Positions 19,655 through 25,716 of a stretch of DNA of 43,675 nt are shown piece after piece. The DNA comes from a virus. Both the position numbers and the translations under genes were made by a program. The notes beneath the pieces are model-generated. The model worked only from the letters and a program-made list of their open reading frames with translations. It ran no database searches and was not told where the DNA came from. Numbering within the stretch: position 1 is the stretch's first letter; every line of letters starts with the position of its first letter. The DNA lies in the IMG/VR virus record IMGVR_UViG_3300025117_000012, positions 1 through 43,675 of that record; one strand, written 5' to 3'.

Positions 19655-20280
19655 AAAAGAAACTCTACAAAATACTGTCGCCGATTGTTATTGCTTCGTT
19701 GTTGATTTTCTTTTTGCCGCTAGAAACTGTTTTTGCTGTTGATACAGGATTTAAGAACCCGACTGCGACTGGCGAAGATTACAACGATTGGACTAACCCT
19801 TCCAATGCTTTTTCTAGTAATGATTCATGGGCAACCTCGCCGGGAGGCAGTGATGAGCAAGATTATTACAATTTTTCTTTCGGAATCCCCGCTGGAGCAA
19901 CAATAGATGGAATTGAAGTACGCGGAGAATGGCAAAAAGATAGCGCCCAACAGGTAACTATGGGAGCAGAATTATCGTGGGATGGAGGAGTAACTTACAC
20001 AACAAGTGGGAAGACCGCTGAAATAGTTAGTGGCACAGTGGATGAACTTGATACCTATGGAGGGGCTACTGATACATGGGGAAGAACATGGAATGCTACC
20101 GAATTTTCTGATGCTAACTTTCGTCTAAAGTTTAAGAACTTTGAACTACTAAATCGTGATGCTCTAATAGACCATGTTGTTGTTAAAGTCTATTATACTA
20201 GCGGCGCAACCGCTATCGTCCCTTCCTCCCTCGTTCTCAATTCCCAAATGAAATTAGAAGGCCAGATGATTATAGAATAG
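19651..20280 (+). CDS. secreted protein, unknown function
   Basis: 209 aa with an ATGA overlap to the fibre gene. Signal-like start MKKKLYKILSPIVIASLLIFFLPLETVFA|VD. Confidence 0.6.
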   Translation: MKKKLYKILSPIVIASLLIFFLPLETVFAVDTGFKNPTATGEDYNDWTNPSNAFSSNDSWATSPGGSDEQDYYNFSFGIPAGATIDGIEVRGEWQKDSAQQVTMGAELSWDGGVTYTTSGKTAEIVSGTVDELDTYGGATDTWGRTWNATEFSDANFRLKFKNFELLNRDALIDHVVVKVYYTSGATAIVPSSLVLNSQMKLEGQMIIE

Positions 20281-20282
20281 TT

Positions 20283-20432
20283 ATGGACATCCAACCCCAA
20301 GACCTTGAAAAGTGGTTATCTCTCCTCGGCAAACCGACTGCGGGACTGATAGCTTTCATCGTAGTAATCTTATACCGAAAAACCGTCATGGATTTCTTTG
20401 CAACAGTTTTCTCATGGTTTAAACGAAAATGA
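20283..20432 (+). CDS. holin-like small membrane protein (49 aa)
   Basis: Below the track cutoff: MDIQPQDLEKWLSLLGKPTAGLIAFIVVILYRKTVMDFFATVFSWFKRK. One TM segment and a basic C-terminus. ATGA overlap with the next ORF, upstream of the endolysin. Confidence 0.45.
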   Translation: MDIQPQDLEKWLSLLGKPTAGLIAFIVVILYRKTVMDFFATVFSWFKRK

Positions 20433-20752
20433 ACTTCCAAACTATTCTCACATTCATAAACATTTTTGTAATGGGCGCGGCTGGTATCGGCTTCATCTAC
20501 ACTAAAACAGACGCGGCAAAGTTTGACCCTGTGCCAATGCAGAGAGAACTTGCCGATATAAACAGCAAAAATGCCGTGCAAGACAATGATATTCAAACCT
20601 TGAAGGCCGATGTCAGAGAAATCAAAACGGATGTAAAAGAAATCCTTAAAACATTACGGCCGAATGATTACAAATCCGCCAAAGTAGAAAACACTCTGTT
20701 AATCGGCGGAGTGGATAGTAAGACGGGAGAACCTAAAAATGAAACAGAATAA
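20429..20752 (+). CDS. membrane-anchored coiled-coil protein (lysis accessory candidate)
   Basis: 107 aa. N-terminal TM segment ILTFINIFVMGAAGIGFIY followed by a helical charged region. Lies between the holin-like gene and the endolysin. Confidence 0.45.
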   Translation: MNFQTILTFINIFVMGAAGIGFIYTKTDAAKFDPVPMQRELADINSKNAVQDNDIQTLKADVREIKTDVKEILKTLRPNDYKSAKVENTLLIGGVDSKTGEPKNETE

Positions 20753-21980
20753 TTACGGTTTTCAAGTTCCAGTCATAAAGGATTCGGACTTCTTTCTTGG
20801 TGAAGGGAACTTGCCAAGGAATGTCTTGCAGGAAACGGGAAATTGGAAAGACAGCTTGCCAGAAGCGGAGAAGCAGTTACGGGATACGATAGACAGTATT
20901 AACTGCGTTGCGTTTGCCACCACCGAACAAATTGAAGCCTATGAGCGTAAGGCGTTCGGGGAGCGAAACAATTATAGCGATAGATTCGTTGCCTTGATTT
21001 CAGGTACTACTCCTCAAGGAAATGACCCTGCAAAGGTCTATAACGCTATCCGAGAGTTCGGACTTGTTCCCGAAGAAATGTGTCCGTGGTCTCCCGATAT
21101 TCAAAGCATTGAGGAGTATCTTTCGTGGAAAGGAGTAGACAAAGATGCCTGTATTGCGGAGGGTAAAAAATGGAAAGAACGCAAGGATTTTATGCACAAC
21201 TGGGTGTTCAAGGCGACTGCTCCGTTAGACGAAAAAATTAACAATATGATAGTGGCTTTGCGGTACAGTCCGTTATGTTTTGATGTATCAGCGTGGCAGA
21301 CAAACTCCGAGGGCAAGTACATTCGTTTCGGTATGTCGGGACACTGGACTATGGGGTACAATATAGGGGATTTTATTGATGTTCGGGACAGCTACCCGCC
21401 TCACGAAAAACAACTTGTCAAAGATTTTAATTTCTTCTACTGCAAACGAATCAGTATCACGAAAAAAACCCCCCTCACCTACCCTCAAAAAAAAAGTATT
21501 TGGCAGATTATTATTTCCTTTTTATGGAAAGAACCAGAAGAAATAAAGAGATTGGAACCCGACCTTAATCCTGACTTCGTATCGCCGAAGACGAGACCAG
21601 TAGTCGAAGAACCTCCTAAATTAAAATGGAAGTTTCCTTCTGATGCACGACATTCAGTACGCGTACTTTGTGATGAACTGGGACTTACAGTTGCAGAAAA
21701 GAATCTCATCTGCCAAGTGATACAGTGCGAAAGTGGATTTCGCACTGATGCAAAGAACGAGAACAAAGATAAAAACGGCAAGATACTTTCAACGGATTGG
21801 GGTATTTGTCAGATGAATGACTACTGGTATATCGGAAAGAACAGACCGATAGCAACGATTAGGGAGGCGATTGAGAACCCAGAAAAGTGTGTGCGGATAA
21901 TGATTAAGCGATACAAAGAGGGAGGACTTAGGGACTGGGTATGCTATCTAAAGGGAATGTATAAGAATTACAAACCTTAA
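20739..21980 (+). CDS. two-domain endolysin: Cys-His peptidase-like N-terminus plus lysozyme-like/transglycosylase C-terminus
   Basis: 413 aa. N-terminal half has INCVAFATTEQ (candidate nucleophile Cys) and SGHWTMGY (candidate His). C-terminal half has QCESGFRTDAKNEN...LSTDWGICQMNDYW, the E-S...D-x-G-I-x-Q-x-N pattern of the lysozyme-like superfamily. Confidence 0.7.
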   Translation: MKQNNYGFQVPVIKDSDFFLGEGNLPRNVLQETGNWKDSLPEAEKQLRDTIDSINCVAFATTEQIEAYERKAFGERNNYSDRFVALISGTTPQGNDPAKVYNAIREFGLVPEEMCPWSPDIQSIEEYLSWKGVDKDACIAEGKKWKERKDFMHNWVFKATAPLDEKINNMIVALRYSPLCFDVSAWQTNSEGKYIRFGMSGHWTMGYNIGDFIDVRDSYPPHEKQLVKDFNFFYCKRISITKKTPLTYPQKKSIWQIIISFLWKEPEEIKRLEPDLNPDFVSPKTRPVVEEPPKLKWKFPSDARHSVRVLCDELGLTVAEKNLICQVIQCESGFRTDAKNENKDKNGKILSTDWGICQMNDYWYIGKNRPIATIREAIENPEKCVRIMIKRYKEGGLRDWVCYLKGMYKNYKP

Positions 21981-22486
21981 ATATGTTTCCAAGTCTTCCT
22001 TGAGATAAGATACGCTATGGTGGATTTATGCAGTTGGAGTATGTTTGCTATTGCTGTCTGGCTCATTAGTCCGTAAGAATAGATGCTCCGTATTGCGAGC
22101 ACTTGTTTTTCAGTCAGTTTTGAAGCCCCGTGTTTCTCTCCTCTCAAGATTGGTACAAGATTTAATTTATAAGCGTGTCGCATATTATGCAACCTGCTAG
22201 ACCACTCAAGGTTCCCAACCCTATTATCTTTCTTATTAGCGTTCTTGTGATTTATTTCTTTAAGACAAAGAGGGTTGGGGAGAAATGCTTGCCCGACTAA
22301 GGTATGTGCAAAGATAATTTTTCTCTTATAATCATTCTGCAAATAATAATTAAGATATCCTTTCCTATGAACAAATGCTTTAAGCCATTTTCCTTTCTTA
22401 CTTCCCCCCTTCTTATATGGATAACTCCAAACCCTACCGTCTTTAGTAACAGCATACAAACCCTCAAACCCCTTAATATCTTTCAT
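21977..22486 (-). CDS. HNH-family homing endonuclease (NUMOD4 / HNH_3 type)
   Basis: 169 aa. Starts MKDIKGFEGLYAVTKDGRVWS (NUMOD4-like). Also has INHKNANKKDNRVGNLEW (H-N-N core) and a C-terminal helix-turn-helix-like MSQTAIANILQLHKSTIAYLIS. It is the only minus-strand gene in the late block. Confidence 0.8.
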   Translation of the reverse strand: MKDIKGFEGLYAVTKDGRVWSYPYKKGGSKKGKWLKAFVHRKGYLNYYLQNDYKRKIIFAHTLVGQAFLPNPLCLKEINHKNANKKDNRVGNLEWSSRLHNMRHAYKLNLVPILRGEKHGASKLTEKQVLAIRSIYSYGLMSQTAIANILQLHKSTIAYLISRKTWKHI

Positions 22487-22493
22487 TTTCTTT

Positions 22494-22542
22494 TACAATA
22501 CGCGGGACGCTTTGCGAGTATCCCGCGTATTGTACGCAAAGC
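22494..22542. promoter_or_regulatory. 14-bp perfect inverted repeat whose loop is complementary to the 3' flank
   Basis: tacaatacgcggga (22494-22507) pairs with tcccgcgtattgta (22521-22534). Loop gctttgcg (22509-22516) is complementary to cgcaaagc (22535-22542). The element lies 8 nt upstream of the minus-strand HNH ATG at 22486. Confidence 0.6.
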
Positions 22543-22693
22543 TGATAATGGTACAATTATAGCATAAAGATATAAACATCATCTATTCCAATAATAGCCG
22601 TACGGGAAAATGGGATAATTACTGGCGATTAGATGAGTGGATTAACTATTATCGGGTGAAGGGAGGATACAAGATTTATTTCTACAAATTTGT

Positions 22694-23059
22694 ATGACCA
22701 AACTCTGGTATTACATCACCGCTTTTCTCTATTATGTTTTCGGAAATCCCGAATATCTTAAACTTGGCGGAGCGACACGTTCGCCAAAGTGGAGGAAGTT
22801 TAGAACAGAGCAAATAAAGTTGCGAGGAGGACGGTGCGAATTATGTGATGGAACAGAGACGTTGGAATTACATCATGTTGAAAGTTTTAGCAGTAATCCC
22901 AGCCGTGAACTAGACCCCGACAATGTTGCGATTTTATGCGAAAGCGGAAGGAATGGAGTCGTGTGCCACCAATTCTTCGGTCATCTAGGAAATTACCGAA
23001 AAATAAATCCGCAAGTGTTTGACGATATTGCAATTTGGAAAGAAAAACTCAATGACTGA
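22694..23059 (+). CDS. HNH endonuclease
   Basis: 121 aa. GGRCELCDG...LELHHVESF...DNVAILCESGRNGVVCHQFFGH gives the pattern CxxC...HH...N...C..H. Confidence 0.8.
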   Translation: MTKLWYYITAFLYYVFGNPEYLKLGGATRSPKWRKFRTEQIKLRGGRCELCDGTETLELHHVESFSSNPSRELDPDNVAILCESGRNGVVCHQFFGHLGNYRKINPQVFDDIAIWKEKLND

Positions 23060-23168
23060 CGAAATAAAAATCTATACTGAATGTGGTTTCTGCTTTGAAT
23101 GGTTTTGGACTAAAAAGGAGAACGGTGATATCTTATGCGAAGAGTGCAAGAAATTGGTAGAATATTAG
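23052..23168 (+). CDS. small Zn-ribbon-like protein (38 aa)
   Basis: Below the track cutoff: MTDEIKIYTECGFCFEWFWTKKENGDILCEECKKLVEY, with two CxxC pairs. Overlaps the previous stop. Confidence 0.4.
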   Translation: MTDEIKIYTECGFCFEWFWTKKENGDILCEECKKLVEY

Positions 23169-23219
23169 AATATATTGCGGATTGAAAGGTCGAAACACTA
23201 CTAGCTAACTAATATCATT

Positions 23220-23471
23220 ATGCGAGATAAACTTTGGCAAGTTCGTGTAAAAGCATTTTTTGTTCAATTCGGAAGTATGATTGTCGTCGCTTTGGGCACT
23301 GTCATCATGTCTCCGCAATTCAAAGACTTAATAACTGCGCATTTCGGAACCAGTTTTGTCGCAGGCGCGGCTCTGTTGTTAATAACAGGCACGGTGAGTC
23401 ACATCTTAAATAAAATAGCTGTAAAGAAACTAGGAGCCGGTAACGAGGATAACGAAGCAGTACTTATATGA
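23220..23471 (+). CDS. small membrane protein
   Basis: 83 aa with two hydrophobic segments: FVQFGSMIVVALGTVIM and FVAGAALLLITGTV. Confidence 0.5.
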   Translation: MRDKLWQVRVKAFFVQFGSMIVVALGTVIMSPQFKDLITAHFGTSFVAGAALLLITGTVSHILNKIAVKKLGAGNEDNEAVLI

Positions 23472-23767
23472 AAAAAATCATTGCTCTTATCATTGCACTC
23501 GCCGTCATAAGTATTTTCGTGTTTTTGCTGTTCTTCCGTGCTCCAACGCCGTATATCTTGCCGCCAGACCCTCCGCAAAAAGAAAAAAAGATTGACCAAC
23601 AACCGTACACTGCGCCAGAGACAGTAGACTGGGGAGATGACCCAAAGAATACGATGATTGAACCGCAGGAAGTTTCTACTCCCGAATGGCAAATAAAATA
23701 CTTCAGAACAGAAGGCAGGAAGGAAAATCCCCTCTCGCCCGCGGAATGGTTGAAAAGTCAGAACTGA
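23468..23767 (+). CDS. membrane-anchored protein
   Basis: 99 aa with an ATGA overlap. N-terminal anchor MKKIIALIIALAVISIFVFLLFF. Confidence 0.5.
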   Translation: MKKIIALIIALAVISIFVFLLFFRAPTPYILPPDPPQKEKKIDQQPYTAPETVDWGDDPKNTMIEPQEVSTPEWQIKYFRTEGRKENPLSPAEWLKSQN

Positions 23768-23783
23768 AGAACCCCGTGAGACC

Positions 23784-23846
23784 TCTCCGATATTAAAAGT
23801 CGTCCCGCTTCGACCCGGGAAAGCAGTTAAACTGCGATATCGGAGA
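23784..23846 (+). other. 63-nt branched stem-loop after the last late gene
   Basis: Closing stem tctccgatat (23784-93) with atatcggaga (23837-46). Two internal hairpins: gtcg/cgac and gcagt/actgc. Confidence 0.5.
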
Positions 23847-23864
23847 TGGTTCAGAGAGTTTTTG

Positions 23865-23873
23865 TGGTATAAT
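23865..23873 (+). promoter_or_regulatory. extended -10 promoter (TGgTATAAT)
   Basis: tttgTGgTATAATagg read directly. No good -35 hexamer, as is usual for extended -10 promoters. Confidence 0.5.
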
Positions 23874-23946
23874 AGGACTATTATTATTTGCGCTTTCTAA
23901 CCTCACCCTACTCGCAAATTGGGGTGGGGTTAGAGAGAAAAGGAAT

Positions 23947-24084
23947 ATGAGTATTAAAAGTATTCTTTATACAAGAAATTGGCGAAAGAAAAATCCTGAA
24001 AAAGTGAGATTATATAATTTAAGACAAAAATTAAGGGAGAGAGAATACTACAAGAAGAATAAAGAACATGTCCTAGGTGTGTAA
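23947..24084 (+). CDS. small basic ORF (45 aa), possibly a remnant of an HNH-gene N-terminus
   Basis: MSIKSILYTRNWRKKNPEKVRLYNLRQKLREREYYKKNKEHVLGV, with AAGGAA 5 nt upstream. It has the same basic Y/N/R/K periodic motif as the N-terminus of the HNH protein at 29338..29694 (YMREYREKNRRKLRTYNREYNRLWRKKN). Confidence 0.4.
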   Translation: MSIKSILYTRNWRKKNPEKVRLYNLRQKLREREYYKKNKEHVLGV

Positions 24085-24240
24085 CACGCCCCCCGCCCGC
24101 AGGTCTTTAAGGGATATTCTTGCCCCCGCGGTTCTAGGTCTCGCCACACCATGCTTGAACGGCTAGCAGCTACATAGCGTTGGCTAACGAGCGTAAGGTT
24201 AAGTTGTATACGCCTAGAACGGGGGCATGAGTAGCTCTTT
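24085..24240 (+). ncRNA. candidate structured non-coding RNA (GC-rich, no ORF)
   Basis: All three plus frames are closed. Long-range stem gccccc(24122-27)+gttctagg(24131-38) pairs with cctagaac(24213-20)+gggggc(24221-26) and has a 3-nt bulge. A second gccccc (24088-93) gives an alternative partner. ggtgtg (24076-81) is complementary to cacacc (24145-50). Confidence 0.4.
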
Positions 24241-24269
24241 GACAATATGAACCTTGGAAGTTGCGAAAT

Positions 24270-24473
24270 ATGATAATCGTCTCATGTCAGAATCATCGGT
24301 GTCGGCTCCGTAAGCCGATACATCAAATGATGCTAGTTGAAAACCGGCATTATTGTTGTACAAAATGTGCGGCTACCGCAGAAGAAGCAGAAGAAGAAGC
24401 GGCGAAGAGAATTGCCGCAGAACAACTGAAACACACTCACTTCCGCTTTATGGCAGATGTGGTTGGAGGATAA
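24270..24473 (+). CDS. small Cys-rich protein with acidic helical tail
   Basis: ATG at 24270; the track start at 24261 is a TTG. Sequence MIIVSCQNHRC...HYCCTKCAATAEEAEEEAAKR. Confidence 0.5.
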   Translation: MIIVSCQNHRCRLRKPIHQMMLVENRHYCCTKCAATAEEAEEEAAKRIAAEQLKHTHFRFMADVVGG

Positions 24474-24477
24474 CTAT

Positions 24478-24609
24478 ATGAAATACGAAAAACACCCTAA
24501 TAGGCCTGTCATCAGACAGTCCAAACTGTACAAATCACCAAAGAGGTTCAAAGCATTACTGCGGTTGCTTGCCTTGAACGAGCGGGATAGAATGCCGCGC
24601 CGCGACTAG
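24478..24609 (+). CDS. small basic protein (43 aa)
   Basis: Below the track cutoff: MKYEKHPNRPVIRQSKLYKSPKRFKALLRLLALNERDRMPRRD. Confidence 0.35.
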   Translation: MKYEKHPNRPVIRQSKLYKSPKRFKALLRLLALNERDRMPRRD

Positions 24610-24610
24610 C

Positions 24611-24645
24611 AGAGGGCGAGGGTTTAATTATCCTCGCTCTTTTTT
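24611..24645. terminator. terminator between convergent blocks
   Basis: agag-gg-cgagg / gtttaattat / cctcgctct followed by TTTTT. Lies between the last plus-strand ORF and the minus-strand ORF that ends at 24688. Confidence 0.6.
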
Positions 24646-24687
24646 ACTGCGGGGGGATAAATACTTGTGGCAGGGATTAGGTGCTAA

Positions 24688-25053
24688 TTATGCTTCGCGC
24701 TTTCCTTTTACTCTGCGCGCTTTTCTATCTGCTGTCCGCGCCTCAAGATAACGAAATGCTTTCTTAAGATGCCCTATTGCTTTTACATTCTCCTTGCAAG
24801 CGAACCGAGAATTGAGGTCGGCAAGTCGGGAAATAGCGCAACTGATTACTTCTTCCAAAGTTGTACCATTCTCGTATGAACCATCTGGATTCATATGGTA
24901 AAAAGTAATCTTCTGAAACCTCTGTGTTCCCTCTTTGTCGTCTGGCGATGAATAATCTCTCTTGAATTGCAAAAGAGCATATTGGTTCTTCTTCGCTGAC
25001 ATATTTGTTGTGTCCATAAATCTAAGATTAAAAACCCTGCTAATAATACTCAT
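24688..25053 (-). CDS. hypothetical protein
   Basis: 121-aa ORF with an ATGA-type overlap to the upstream minus-strand gene. Confidence 0.6.
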   Translation of the reverse strand: MSIISRVFNLRFMDTTNMSAKKNQYALLQFKRDYSSPDDKEGTQRFQKITFYHMNPDGSYENGTTLEEVISCAISRLADLNSRFACKENVKAIGHLKKAFRYLEARTADRKARRVKGKREA

Positions 25054-25544
25054 CTCCCCTCTCCCTTAGTGATAATGGAAATTGCATCGAAAAGGGCTTT
25101 TTTGTAGCCAGTATTTCGTGCGGGACAACTACACATTTCCCATGCTTGCTCACAAGTCCCGCAATACTCCAGTCCATTTTGATTTTGGCACAGTTGTGAG
25201 GAGAATGGTAAAGTATTCATCCCCTCCAAACTCTTGACGATTTCTTGGCGCTCCGAGAGGAGGAGGTCAGAAATAAATACCTCAACTTCTCTCATTAGTG
25301 GTCTCTGGTTATGGGTATAGAGATTAAGTGTGTTCCAAAACTTCTCTTTCCATTCCTCTTTGTTACGGACAGGGATAGCTCCCACAACCTCGGAATGTGC
25401 TATACTATCTTCACTGTTCAGATGCTTTGGCGACAATACACTCCTTAAAATCATTTCCCACTTTCCCCACAAAACCAAAGCCACAGAGCGATTGCTCTTG
25501 CTCGGTCTTTCGCCACGGCTCGCCTCCGTTTGTTTATTTTCCAT
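25050..25544 (-). CDS. hypothetical Cys-rich protein
   Basis: Start taken at MENKQ (ATG at 25544), 2 nt after the stop of the small ORF above it. C-terminal Cys cluster CQNQNGLEYCGTCEQAWEMCSC. Confidence 0.55.
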   Translation of the reverse strand: MENKQTEASRGERPSKSNRSVALVLWGKWEMILRSVLSPKHLNSEDSIAHSEVVGAIPVRNKEEWKEKFWNTLNLYTHNQRPLMREVEVFISDLLLSERQEIVKSLEGMNTLPFSSQLCQNQNGLEYCGTCEQAWEMCSCPARNTGYKKALFDAISIITKGEGR

Positions 25545-25546
25545 AG

Positions 25547-25693
25547 TTAATTTCGTCTTACTTCGCCACATTTGGTACATACGACCACATCTACCAACTC
25601 AAAGTTTGCACTCGTAGAATACTGGGAACGTGTTTCTTGATGCGAATACTTGAAGTCGTGCTGGCACTCCGTTTGTTTTGATAGGGGGTTCAT
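25547..25693 (-). CDS. small Zn-finger-like protein (48 aa)
   Basis: Below the track cutoff: MNPLSKQTECQHDFKYSHQETRSQYSTSANFELVDVVVCTKCGEVRRN. Confidence 0.4.
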   Translation of the reverse strand: MNPLSKQTECQHDFKYSHQETRSQYSTSANFELVDVVVCTKCGEVRRN

Positions 25694-25716
25694 TTGATTT
25701 TTATTAGCCGTAAGGA

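Noticed and set aside
24128-24160. preQ1-I-like GGTTCTAG string; also an ACGCAAAGC string at 22534-22542 reminiscent of c-di-GMP-I riboswitches
   Set aside because: Only short strings match. The required flanking helices, the A-rich tail (preQ1) and the GGCAAACC partner hairpin (c-di-GMP) are absent.
24122-24227. tRNA or tRNA-like gene, suggested by the 7-bp gcccccg/cgggggc closure followed by an unpaired A
   Set aside because: The enclosed length is about 106 nt. No D-arm or T-arm (GTTCRANNC) can be placed, and the helix continues as a long bulged stem rather than a cloverleaf. I saw no convincing tRNA elsewhere in the window.
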